From assembly GCA_002269645.1 (NCBI GenBank), contig NIVC01000129.1:542755-606754 (forward strand): a DNA stretch of 64,000 nt. The letters run 5' to 3'. This document shows, piece after piece, positions 25,744 to 38,500 of this stretch. This DNA is from Macrostomum lignano (taxonomy: Eukaryota). Position numbers and translations under genes: made by a program. Numbering within the stretch: position 1 is the stretch's first letter; every line of letters begins with the position of its first letter. The notes beneath the pieces are model-generated. The model was not told where the DNA came from. It did no database searches and saw only the letters and a list, made by a program, of their open reading frames with translations.

Positions 25744-27599
25744 TTTAAAATTTTATTAGAGCCAATTATATGAATAATTGAGATTTATATTTAGTATACC
25801 GTTAAGTAGATTTGCATTGCAATGCAATACCGTTACTAAAATAATGTAAGTTTGGCACAGACTGCATTTTTAATGTCAATGCAGTGATGGCTTAGAATCG
25901 TACTCTTGGATATATGATAACTTTTATTGGACTTGGACTACTGATATTAAAAATATAAGTATTTTTATGTCATTTGAATGGACAGGCAGTCTAAATTTAA
26001 TTATAAAGATATTTGTTTATATTCTTATAGTCAATATGAAGTTATACATTTTTTATATTTGATTTTCAACGAAGAGTGTCTTAAAAGTTATAAAAAATGC
26101 TGAGCAGTTTTACTGTTTAAAAAGTAAAATAAATCAAATAAAATTACAAAGATTATTAATAGTTTTGTAACAGTTGACATCCAGTAAAGCATTTATAGAC
26201 AGTGACATGAATTTGGCCTTGAATTAGTATTATAACTAAGCGTGCTTTTTAATTTAAGTTTTTTAATATAAACCACACAGCAATCTTGCCGCGATATATT
26301 TGCCAAAAATCTAGCGTAACTTTTTAAAACTGACTGCAATACAAATTAGCTTCAAGTTAATTTTTATAAATGAGAAGTCTGTTAATATCAACTAGTATAT
26401 ATTATTCATTACTATTTTTAAAACTTTATAGCCTTACAATGACTATCTATAAAAACTTTGCGAAGTGGCTAAAAGCTAAAAGCTCTTCTCTGGAGATATT
26501 GTTGGAACTTTAATGATATATCCAATTTCCTTCGCTAAATCCACGATTTAATGAAGCCCAATTATGATGTTAAAAAGGAAAATTGTCAATGCACCACAGA
26601 AAAAATAGTTTAAGCAAAAAATGGTTGCTATTTCTACAAAGAACATAGACTAGTTTTTAGATGTTTGAATAAACTATTGTAATAGCAATTAAATTTTGCA
26701 TTAAAATTGTAACCGTGCAAGTTATTTTTGTTTTAACACTTAATAGCGTACAAAAGGCGGAATGCTTGAGTGTAGGCAAAGCTAATGAAAGCAGTAGACC
26801 TATATATTCAATTGTTTAAATTAAATTGTCTATCGAAATTCTGCAAATGGTTTAAAATAAACCCACGTGGTTACATGTACTCGGTTATTAAACGAACAGC
26901 TAACATTGAGAGCAAATTCCATCTTTTAAGTTGCAGATTGCGTCTCTAAAGTTGCAGATATAGTATACAACTGATTCAAAATAAATCCTAGGACGCAATT
27001 TGGTTAAAGACCGCGTGGAATCAAGCAGTACTTCGTCAAAATGTACAAATACGAGTACATGGTAACAGTATAATAAACAAAGGAGCGTATTCACAGGGAA
27101 CGAACCGGGGGCATCCCAAATTGAGGCCAAGCCCCCAAGGTGCAGAGTGTACACACCTGATGATTAGAAATTAAGGGCTGCTGTACACCCTGTCTGAGTG
27201 TGTGTATGAGTGCGTGCCTGCGCGTACAATACGGCGCGCTTGTATCTGCTAGATGAGTCAGCGGAATGGGCAGAATTGCGTTGGGATGATGTCGCAGAAG
27301 ATGTTGCGCCAGTATATGCCACAGCCATCTTGAAAAATAAATGGGGTGCCAGCACTGCCTACATGTGTTGGGACTTTTCTGGGCTGACGGGACTACAGTA
27401 CATGTATCCTGGTCTCCGCATATGTACTACAGTGTACATGTAAGTACATGTGGTAGGGTAACATCTACATGTACGTGTGCACTTTGTAGATCGTACAGAG
27501 TACAGCATTCAGCACGGGTGTTATTGCACGGCTGCAAGTGCTTGGGTTGCACAACTGCACTAATTTAGCTAGCTATGAGCCTTGGCTACCGGCAGATAG

Positions 27600-28621
27600 G
27601 TCCTCTGATTGGTTTGGTGAGAGGCTCTCTTGACCTGCTTAACTGGGTGCACCCTTTGTCTGACCCCTTCCTAGGTAGTCTGATAGGATTTGCACTTTTG
27701 CTTACTTCTTTTTGTGTGCCAATCTCGAGGCAGAAGTGTCAGTTAAGATTAAAATTAGCCATTTGCTCTAACTCAATCTAAATTGTTTAGGATTGCGGAT
27801 TAAGTGAGAAAGTTAAATCCGTAAGTTAAAGACTTGGCGTTTTCATTCTTTTTCGCAATGCCAGCTGAGATGAGCGGCTATATCTAGAGGCAGAGGTCAC
27901 GGTGGACCGGAAGTGACACAGTTCCCAGTCAATCAGACAATCTAAGAAATCATTATGTTAAGCATGCAAATTAAGAGCCAGACTGGCGCTTTGGCGCGGT
28001 CACAGGCAGTTAAGCGGCTAAAGTAAGTTAAACATTGGTCTAAAGATCTCCGAAAGTAACAATGCATCTACATCATCTCTATCTGTCGACGTGTTAACAC
28101 ATTTAATGCCAAAAGCGTGCAGTTACGTGTACTTATACATGTACTTCTGTGAATTTGGTGATGAAATAGTACATTTAGTAGTGTATAAAGGCTCGCCAGC
28201 GCAAGAACCCCCTGAAGAAGTCCTCTCTGTCCCTGCATGGCCAATGCGATCTTAGTCCCAGCCGCGTCTCTTCTATTCGGCTATGACTTCGAGATTTAGA
28301 CAGCTAAAAGACACTAGATGGCAGGTAAGTGCAGTACTCCTCTAGTCGGAAGTCCGATTTCGATAGCTCCGGTTTGGTGAGCCGGGGCGCACGGACTGGT
28401 GGCAGCGAGTTAGTTAATCCGTGGGTTAGCTAATTTCTACCTTTCAAATTCTCCCTGCTTGTCTCTCGCTGTCTTCTCCTAGCTATAGGACCTTGCTGCT
28501 CGCCCACAATCTAGCTACCACGGGGCTGACCATCTGACAGGAGTGAGAGGCCAGAGCTCTCAGTGATTCATTTCTGAGTTCTGAGGCCCGAAGCTACAGG
28601 CTTAAAAAGGCCGAGCCCATC
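27600..28621 (+). repeat. Dispersed non-coding repeat family, copy 2 (3' half only)
   Basis: Homologous to about 12790-13783. Confidence 0.8.
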
Positions 28622-29099
28622 AACTTGCTATTAAACGTAAAAATTAAATTAACGAGAGGCTGCTTTATTGATAAGTGACAGTTATAGAAAGTACATAGTA
28701 TACATTTAGCTGAGGGAAATAAAAGGGTAATTTAGTTCAGCAAAAACACAAATAAAAACAAAAAACAAAACAAACACATACATGTTTAAACGTCAAAAAT
28801 AACCAGTGAAAATACAATAAAATAGTAAAAAAACATTCGTACTATAACAAACTTTAAAAAAATATCCTTGGTAATCTTTTGAGCCGCTAGTATCGAAAAA
28901 CGAAGTGCGTCACGGGCTGAACCCCGTTCAAACATAAAAGTACAAAATTTCACAGCAAAGTTTTATAGCTAAAGGTCGCCAAAACTCAGAGTTAGGTTTA
29001 AAAACAGGCGGGCTCCATTTAAAATATAATAGAAACAAAACATTTATCGAACAAAAAAGCTGTTTTTTATATAATCGTGTGCGGTCAATGCCCACCAGC

Positions 29100-29852
29100 T
29101 CATTCGAATGGTGAGAGGCACTCGCATAACACATTAAACTTATTCACGGACTCCCAGAAGTCTGACAGCCTGGAATGCCTGGCTCGTCCGATGACATTCT
29201 CGCCGACTGGGCCGTAGTTGTCAGGCTCTCGAGCATTCCACAGACTGTCGTCAACAGTGATGTTGCAGCCGACCCAGTACCAGCCGCCTCGCTTCTCCTG
29301 ACTGCCAGTCGGTTGGTAGCCACCGAGCCAGAAATTTGCACTTGAACTCTGGTTGTCATAGATCTTATCCACGTGGTCCATCTCAGCCGCGTCCATCACG
29401 TCGGCCATGATCACCAGACCGCTCTCTGACTCGCATCTCTGCCTGTTTGGCCACCAGTAGTCCTGTTCGTCAGAGTGCAGCTTGTACTTCACCCCGCACA
29501 GGTCGTCGACGTAGCCAGACGGACATAGTGTGCCCGGCCGGAGTCCCGGCTGCTGCTTCAGCATCACCTGACCTCTCCTTGTGCAGCTGCAGTTCTTCAC
29601 CGACTTGCTGCACTTGTCAAACACGAAGAGCTGGCACGGACCGTCAGCCAAGCTGAAAGCCTGACAACGCTGGTTGTTGTAGCATTTGAAAGCGCAACCA
29701 ATTTCCGAGCGACTACTAAAAGCAGTCTCGATAAACTCGTCATTGATGCACAGGTATCCATGGATCAGGTGGAATAGCTGGGTTAAATCACTCCCCTTCG
29801 AGTGAGCTAGCGCAAATATTAGCAACAGATTGAATTGAACGAAGAGTTTCAT
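29100..29852 (-). CDS. Secreted PAN/Apple-like + C-type lectin protein, single coding exon, 250 aa
   Basis: Signal peptide MKLFVQFNLLLIFALAHSKG; PAN-like CAFKC...CQAFS...CQL; CTLD with FWLGG, GGWYW, W...EPDN, VLCE. Confidence 0.85.
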   Translation of the reverse strand: MKLFVQFNLLLIFALAHSKGSDLTQLFHLIHGYLCINDEFIETAFSSRSEIGCAFKCYNNQRCQAFSLADGPCQLFVFDKCSKSVKNCSCTRRGQVMLKQQPGLRPGTLCPSGYVDDLCGVKYKLHSDEQDYWWPNRQRCESESGLVIMADVMDAAEMDHVDKIYDNQSSSANFWLGGYQPTGSQEKRGGWYWVGCNITVDDSLWNAREPDNYGPVGENVIGRARHSRLSDFWESVNKFNVLCECLSPFE

Positions 29853-30489
29853 TGTGCAGTTTAGAAACAATCGTACTTTGAATGTGAAATTGCGATCAGG
29901 GTTGGAAAGCGCTTCTGGAAAGAGAGCTTCTGCTTTTATCGAAAATATCACCCAAGCGTTTGTTTAACAACTGTTATTGCCTGTTGCTAGGAATCATGAG
30001 CTTACTTTTCTGCAGGTAGATCGTAACCCAAGTGGCAGGTAACCCAATAGAATTGGATGATTCCGAAATTTTCTCAAAGCTGATCGTTTTCTGATAACCC
30101 GGATACAATCTGCATTGGATTGAAAATTCTAGATTCTCAATGAAGGTGATTCAATGTCGGGAGATTCCTAATCAGATGCTCAAATCTGAGTCCTACTCGC
30201 TAGGCAAACTGGCTTTTCGAAATATTTTCGATAACAGGCTTGCTTTGAAAAGGAATAATATTATTGTATTTCAGATAGCCTACTCGTACTTGAATATAAA
30301 GTCGCTTCTGACTGCACTATACTACTAATATGAAGCTCATAGACTAAATACGTCTAAAATAAGACTATATATTCATGCCTTTAAAGAGCTGCACACCAGA
30401 CAAAACGAAAAAAGTGACAACCAACAATCTATTTTTTATCGTAATACCCAGTTTTGCATCATCGAGTCGAAATTTCAGCACTTCGACAC

Positions 30490-32394
30490 AGCTTGATCGT
30501 GTGGCGAGCAGTCTAGGTCCTATAGCTAAGAGAGGGACAGCGAGAGACAAGCAGGGAGAATTTTGAAGGTAGAGGTCAGCTAATCCGCAGACTAACCACC
30601 CCGCTGCCACCAGCCCGTGCGCCCTGGCTCACCAAACCGGAACTTTCGAAATCGGGCTTCCGACTAGAAGGGGCTTTGCACTTACCTGCCAACTAGTGTC
30701 TTTTTGCTGTCAATATCGAAGTCATAGCCGATGATAAGGGACACTGCTGGGACTTGATCGCATTGGCCATGCAGGGACAGAGGGGACTTGTGCAGGGGAT
30801 TCTTGCGGTGGCGAGCCTATGGGGTAGCTACATGCACTATTACATTGCTAAATACGAAGAATTGTACTTTTGGCCTTCAACGTGCTAACCAGCCTCTCGT
30901 AGCGCTGATGATAGACTAACTCGAACTTTAGAGATCGCATGATTCACTACCCGAGCCCCTTGGCGAATTTAGAGTGCACAGAGTACATCTCTAGCGCCGA
31001 TCTTGCACTATTGACAATTTCGCTATCTGATTTGACAAATGGATCGACTGAGAGCTAGCTGCCTTGCCATTGGTCCACTGCGACCGGCGCCTAGCTACTA
31101 GCCTAGCTTCTCATCTGAGCCATCGGCGAACAAAGAAATAAAACTGATAAAAACAACTACCAGATTTAACCTTCTCGCTGAATCACTGCACACGTCAGAT
31201 TGAATCGGAGTAATGAGACTACTAACAGTATTATTGAATGATTTCTGCCCCAATAACAGCACTATTGAACAAAATGAGCAAAAGTGTGCGCCTAATCTAG
31301 CTACTGAAATAGGGGACAGATAAGGAATCACCTAATCGAGCAAGTCTAGGTAGCCTCTCGCCCAACCAATCAGAAACTCAACAGCCGGAGACCAGGTAAT
31401 CCACAGTGACCGAATCGGCTTAGTGCTTCGCAGCTGTAGGCCCGGGATGATGCTGTCACAATCGCTGCAGATAGCTAGCAGGTGATGTTCTTAAACTCGA
31501 TGTTTGAAGCAATCGACTGAGGGAGACATCCTTGATGATGAGGGGGGGTTGTCGAAATCCGGGGATCAAGAGACGACGGTCGTGACTCCGGAATGGGAGC
31601 CGCCAACGTAAAGGGGGTCGAGTCCCGGGAGCCCAAAGGGGGTAGAACAGTGCGGACCAAAAACGCCGGTTTAAATAGCCGCCAACTGTACCGCAATTTG
31701 TTAAAATGGAACACCTCGACGCTGATTGGCTGAGCCGATTTGTTATAACTGACGTCGAATTTTCTGATTGGCTGAGCTTGTTGCCACTCAAACTCACATG
31801 ACCAAAGGATCCTATCAGTTCCCTCGGGGCCATAAAAATACGCCAGGTGTCACCATAAATCACTCAAAATCGCTACATAATGATTTATGACCTTTCGCGT
31901 AGGAATTACAAAAAAATTAATGAAAAAATATGCATTAGAAAGGTCTTATTGAGTTGAAAGTGAAGATGGTTAAGAAAAATCGCTAATCGCTAATCCCAAA
32001 GTACTTTTAGGGGTAAAAAAGGGGTAAAGCTGTCAGAGCTGTCAAACGCTTGAGTGAACAATAACAATAGGCCCTGACCTCATAAATCTGATAGCCTGTC
32101 AAAAATGGTGGTGAGAAAAAAGCCAACCGCCCGCATCCCCACAGACCATCTGGCGCCAGCCTCAACACTAAAAGTAAGGCGCAGGTGGCTGTCAGGCATG
32201 CTCACAAGCCATGATTTATGACCCTAAAAGTAGCAAAAACCGCGCCTATGTTAGGAGCGTATAATGACTACAAGTAGAATGAATTCTGGGAAAATTACAT
32301 ATAAAAAGAAAAATACCCATAGCCTGCTGATAGTAGGCTAACAAGTTTGGAATCCATGTACGAGCGTGAGATTTGGAAAAAAAAGTGCGTCCTC
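30490..32394 (-). repeat. Dispersed non-coding repeat family, copy 3 (inverted, lacks the last ~130 bp)
   Basis: Reverse complement aligns to 11801-13670. Confidence 0.85.
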
Positions 32395-33184
32395 TGCACT
32401 TGATTCATAATATCAATTTCAATCGAAGATAACTTCAATTGCCTTCAGTTGCAGATGGACTTTGTCGAGTGTAGTTGCCACTTGCCGACCTTGAGCATCA
32501 GGAATTCCCGATTTCGGACCCGACCCTGGTTGACGCAGGATAACACAGCTGTTAAGCAAATATAAGGAAAAAGCAGGTTAGTTAGAGGTTTTATATGGGT
32601 CAAACAGAAATTAGAAGCTGGTGTCATCTGCTTGACCTTCTGATTCTGCTTGACTTTCTAACTCATAAATCAATAATATGATCTCATGAATTATATGACC
32701 CACCACTGATTTTATCTACCACTGATCGGATCCACCCATGCTGTGATCTATCACTGATGTGATGTACCGACTGATTTGACGCCATGACAAACTTGAAACT
32801 GACTGATATGACCTCTTGGCTGATGTACGAGCTAATGCCATGATTGATATAAATTCATGACTGATGTGACCCTTCTGGCATATTGTAACCCTAAACGATG
32901 AATTGTAACTCACCAACAACAGCCCTGGTCCGATAATCCGCATGGATTTGTATCGACGTTTATTTGGCCAACGTTGACAGGAATCGTTGCAGACATTTTT
33001 TATTGTAAATTTCTTGATTTGTTATTATTTGGGAGGCCGATTGTTATACGAGTAAAGACCATGTAGAATAAAGTCTTTATTTAGCTAGTATATAGTGATT
33101 TTATTCGGTAGTACCTCTCGGTAGTACCCAAACAGAAAGCATGAGTATGAAAAGTACTACCTTATCACATTTGCGAAACTAATT

Positions 33185-33796
33185 GGGAGCATGAGAATTG
33201 CCCGCCGAGAATTGCCCGCCGAGAATTGCCCGCCGAGAATTTCCCGCCGAGAATTGCCCGCCGAGAATTGCCCGCCGAGAATTGCCCGCCGAGATTTGCC
33301 CGCCGAGAATTGCCCGCCGAGAATTGCCCGCCGAGAATTGCCCGCCGAGATTTGCCCGCTGAGATTTGCCCGCCGAGAATTGCCCGCTGAGATTTGCCCG
33401 CGAGTGAATTGCCCTCAGAGATTTTCCCGCCGATAATTGCCCGCTGAGATTTGCCCGCGAGTGAATTGCCCGCCGAGGTTCGCCCGCAAAGCTTTTTTCC
33501 TGCAGCGCATTTGGCCACGCGGCAGATTTTGTCTGCATTGCCTCCCCAATGCTTACTAATTTTTAATAAAGAGGTACATGTATTCCCGATCAAAACGTTT
33601 TGATAGTAACTGCATAGCTCGTATTAAATACATATTTTTTGGGAGGGGTGGGGGCAGCGCAGACAGAATCTACGCTCGTAGCTGCCAAATGCGCTGCAGG
33701 AAAAAAGCAAACCTCTGCGGGAAAAAAACTCGGCGGGGCAAATCTCAGCGGGCAATTCTCGGCGGGCAAATCTCGGCGGGCAAATCTCATGGACCC
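33185..33796. mobile_element. Foldback/MITE-like element with 14-bp tandem repeats (GAGAATTGCCCGCC) in its inverted arms
   Basis: About 20 units at 33190-33480, about 4-5 inverted units at 33733-33791, plus a unique inner inverted repeat (33490-33547 vs 33650-33709). No TSD found. Confidence 0.75.
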
Positions 33797-34836
33797 GCAG
33801 AGTTACGACGTACAGTCTAAAATATACATTGCATCAGTATTATTTAAAACGATTTCTATCGGGTCCTACATCAAAATTAGTTCCTACAAATGCGACCTGT
33901 ACACATCACTACTATTTTCCGCTGTGCTCAAGGTAGTGCCTCGTATTCAGAGACGCTGGAAGAACATTATCGTTCATATGCACGTACATTGTACTGTGCA
34001 CTGTATTTACTGTATTTTATTCAGAAAACCAGAACGCACTGCCTATTCTCAAGCCATTGTCTGCAGGACTTCCCACAATGCTTGCTAGCGTACTGCTAAT
34101 TTTACTTTCGTTAATTTATGGTGCTCTTTTTCATTGATTTGCAGCAGAAAAGCAAAGATTTTGGATATCAAATGTTTCTTGTGGAGTTAATATTTGCCCC
34201 TGGAGGGTTTGCACATGTTTGTGAAGCTACCATATCTGAAACAGAAAATGAAAGCAGCAAAAAGATTTTAGCTCGTACCAGTGCACATTCAATTACAGTT
34301 TGTTTTCTGCTCATTGGTCTTCGCCCTTCCCTATCAACCTCCAATTTCTTTGTAGCTACATACGAAACATTTACTCACTAGCTACATTAGTTACATTGAC
34401 AAATAATTTATAAATTCGCTTTATTCACAGCTTTCTCTCGTTTCAAACAATATGCCTGACGGTGCAGTGCACCTTGGTGTGCGAAACGCGTCGTAACAAC
34501 CTACATGTTGATTTTTGGCTTTCTCTTTATTTAACTTGCTAAGCGAGCCACTTTACCGGGATTTACATGAAATTCTGCAACTGCCCCCACCCAAGATTAA
34601 GCTTTTGAAAATTCAAGTAAGTGATTGGTTAATTCATTGAAATTACACTAAACATTCAAGCTTATCCAGCGTAGTATAATTTTATTCTTTTTCAATCTTC
34701 AGTACCTTTGTAATCCTCTGAAATTTGCATTTCATCTCATCTCTAATTGTAGCATTTTTTATCTTACAGTATATGTACAACTAATTACAGAAATCTCGAA
34801 GTGTACATGTTCATATCGCACATACGCTCGAACAAC

Positions 34837-35154
34837 ATGCTGACGCAACTCACGCTGGACCAGCTGCACGACGCCTTCAAGATTGGCGACGAGCGACTCA
34901 CCAATGCGGCACTTGACAAACAGGCCTGTGCCCTTGACTTGTTGCGCCGTTGGCGACTCCAGCTGGCAGGCCACTTCATCTGTGCCCAGCCTCACTGCTC
35001 ACCGCCTGCGCAGAAGGTGCTTCTGCTGAGGCGGCAGGTGCCCTACCAGCGATGGCAGGCGTGTATTTGGCGCTTCGTCAGCTGCCTGCTCGCTGATTCT
35101 GGCGTCGCAGACAAGTCGACGACGCGGTCAATTTTCTCGCCCAAGTCTGTGTGA
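34837..35154 (+). CDS. Orphan ORF, 105 aa, unknown function
   Basis: GC-rich island with exon-like codon usage in AT-rich DNA; upstream acceptors; the minus-strand frames across it contain stops. No recognised domain. Confidence 0.35.
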   Translation: MLTQLTLDQLHDAFKIGDERLTNAALDKQACALDLLRRWRLQLAGHFICAQPHCSPPAQKVLLLRRQVPYQRWQACIWRFVSCLLADSGVADKSTTRSIFSPKSV

Positions 35155-35576
35155 CGCTGGTATCCTTTTTATGACCTATCGACTGCATGTTTTTTAAGTT
35201 GCTATGGATCGATTATAAGGCAGAAGACTACTCATAATGAGCACAGCCGTGTCTCATTCTTATAGAATCAGGATTCAATTTTTGCAAAGTCAAATCATCG
35301 TTGCATTTTGTAACAGTGGCCTGTTATATTTAAAATATTAACTCCAATAATATTGATACATCCGTAATACCTCTATTCAAAACTACGCGTACAAAGTGTA
35401 ACTGTCATGTCAAGAGCAGAAAACCAACATCATCATGAAAATATTAAATCGACTTACAGTTAAAAACACTTACCTCGATTTCTTCTCCATCTCAACTACC
35501 ATAAATGTACCATCCCAGTTTTATCTAAAAGTACAGCTGACAAGAATGACAAAAACAGAAAAGACAAAAAATTTAC

Positions 35577-38500
35577 CTGGACAGTAGGGCTGCGCTTTGT
35601 CCGGTCGCCAAGCCGCTGTGAAGTTCTGTTCAGAAAGACAGCTGAAAATAACTGAGCCAAAAGACACGTTCTCCCGGCACACGAAGGCCACCTGGTCTCC
35701 GACGAGGAACGGACCGGCTGCAGCCACTGTCAGGGTGGAGGCGTTCAGAGGACCGGCCAGCACGCTGGGATCGATTCCGGGACCGAAGTGATCTTCTGAA
35801 CAGGTAACTGGCTGGCAGTCCATGGATGCGCCGGCGGTCCACTGAGGTCCTGGATTAAAGCAATTAAATTGGTGGCTCCCAAAGCTGCACTTAAGATTGT
35901 CAATATGTTACGCAGTCATCTAACTGTAAACAAACCATTTGTAGGCACAAATGTTTTTTATAGACAAATTTTGAACTCTTTTTAAGCCAGGAAAAGCCTG
36001 AAGGAATTTCAGTGGTAAGCATAATTTTATATATAATCTTCCTGTAAGCATATATCGTTTTAAAAACCTTTTTCGCATGTCGCCGTCCGGGAGCTGGCGT
36101 ACGCGTCCACAAAGCGGCTGTTGGACCAGCACCTCACTTCCACGGTGCTGTTCACTGGCAGGTACACCTGACCGTCTCCCGTAGTCACGTTTCCCAAGTT
36201 GTTGCTGGGCACGGCTGTAGATCGAGTCAGGTTGGTAGGCAACAGACAGGGCTTCGGCTGGCACAGAGTCTCCGATGTCGGCAGCAGCAGCTGGTTGAGC
36301 ACCGTCCAGTCTCCGGCGGTGCAGACCGCCTGTAACTGCGAGTCGCTCGGTAGACTGACGTTCGCCGCCAGCGGAGCGAAGGCGTTCGAAAGGCAGGTAA
36401 CGTTGGCGACTCGGTCGGGATCCGTGTAGGAGCTGGTGGGGAAGTCGACGAGTCCGACTCCGACCAGCTGCGCCAAGAGACTGTTGTTGCAGTGCTCTAC
36501 AAGAGGTCAGAGATGTCTCGCTATTGAAAAAAAGACTGCAGTTTAAAAAAGTTTATACCGGTATCTAGATGGAATTGCCCAGATGCAGATCGGATACAGA
36601 TTAACCAAGATTGGTGCATCCTTTTTTACAAGCCACCACTCCAAGTTTCGGATTAGAAGCAATAATGGCAAGCTGCTTACTGCGACAGCTGAAGGCCACA
36701 TTTGACCCGACGCTGCGCCACACTGCCGCAGGCGGATCTCCGTCTGACAGTCCGCACACGGCCAGCTCGCTGCTGCCCGGCATGGCAAAGTACGGCTCCT
36801 CGCAGCTCAGCCGCACCAAACTTGTGTAGGGCAAGTGCGAGCTGTTAGCAAAGTTGAACGATGCATTGATGACGGTCATGCGAGCGGCCTGAGGCTGGGA
36901 GGCCGGGAACATCCGGCTCCCAGCGGTTTCCCAGCCTGCAGAAGATGCTCAATCGCCAGTTCTGCGTCGTCCGAACGAAGCCGGGTCGGCACTCGTAGCT
37001 GAGGCTGTCGTCGACCTGCACTCCGGAAGCCGGCAGACCCACCTGCAGCTCCTGCTCGAGGTTCAGCGAGCTGTACAGGCTGGAGTTTCCCAGTCCCGGC
37101 GGCAGACTCGAGCAGGCGGTCGGTCGACAGTTCAGGTGGGTGAACGAGGTCCAGCTGCTGTTGATGCAGCTGATGACAAAGCTGACAGATCCGTTGGGCA
37201 GGCCACCGACGCTGTAGTTTGTGTTGCAGGTGAAGGCGAGGCTGGCGCCCTCCCAGGAGGTGTTTCCGAGGGTGGCGTTGGCCTGCGAGTTGGCCACCGT
37301 CGGAGGGACGGAAATGCCGCCACAGTATCCGGGGTTGCAGTCCATGGTGACGGGGCTCCAGCTGCCGCCAGGCATGCAGGAGGCGGTTTGGCTGGAGCCT
37401 GTGAGACCGGATTCACAGGAGATGTGGATTTCGTCTCCGGCACGGAATGTTCCGTTCGACAAGAGGTGCGGCAGCAGCTGGCTGTCAGTGTAGTTGTAGG
37501 TGACGCTCTTCGTTGTGAAGCTGGTGATGACTTCGGTGACATTCGGATAGACGGGCATCTGGGTGCACGGCAGCGAGACGCATTGGGGCATTTCAGTGTC
37601 CCAAACGGCGTCCTGAGCGGCCGAATTTTTTGAGCCACTTGAGTTACTATTTTGATATATCAATGATTACGAATATGGATGTAAGAAAAAATTCAAATAT
37701 TTTTGCTAAGTTAATTTAAGGAAATTTCATTATGTCTGTTTTAAACATTTGGGTTGTTTGTCATTATTTTAACATACGTGAATTAGAGTTATTCTCAGCT
37801 TAATCGAGCTGAACCTGTACCTGGGTGCATCGCCTCACAATGCTGCTGCCATTTTGTTCAGAACCAGCGAAAACAAAGTCCGGAGCGCAAGTGTATTCAA
37901 TGTGGTGAAACGGCAGCTTCTTCAGCTGCAGCTCCGCAGCGGAGAGCGAACTGTTCCAGGAGGCGCAGACGAGATGCTTCTCTGTCAGCTGATTGTCAGT
38001 ATGCGGACTGGGGCAGGTCATGGCTGAAGTGGGAATTAATTGTGAGTTAACTGGCTTATAAATATAATTTAAAGCTCTAGAGTAAGTTTAGAGTCTGTTT
38101 CAGAATAAATACCCATAAAGTACATTTTTATTTGAAACAATAAATTCGTATTTCCCTTGCTCATGGTGGTTTTGGAGGATCTGAACCGATTGTAATAATG
38201 CTTCTGAACTCAGATGACCCAAAATAAGCTGGAGTTACATTTTTGTTTCCTACTTTATGGATGTTAGTATATTTTGGATTTCACGCAGCAAGGAGTCAGG
38301 AGAAGACGTTGTCCGTTCGAATGCTCCCGGTTGGCGTGTGCCTTAGAGATTGGTTTCACACTGGGTATGTGATTGAGTTGGGAGGGGCAACAAAAGGTCG
38401 GCAAACTCCGGCTCACGAGGCCTCGCTGATCCGGCCCTCGGGTCCTTTATAACTTCACAATGGCAATCTCGCCCGCTCAAGGTTGGCGTAACTGTTCTAT

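Noticed and set aside
27164-27443. Short overlapping ORFs on both strands
   Set aside because: No domain, no convincing splice context, adjacent to TACATG-rich low-complexity DNA.
32640-32900. C/D-box snoRNA-like cluster (repeated CTGATGTGA / CTGATATGA)
   Set aside because: No canonical box C/D pairs with terminal stems; it looks like a degenerate short repeat.
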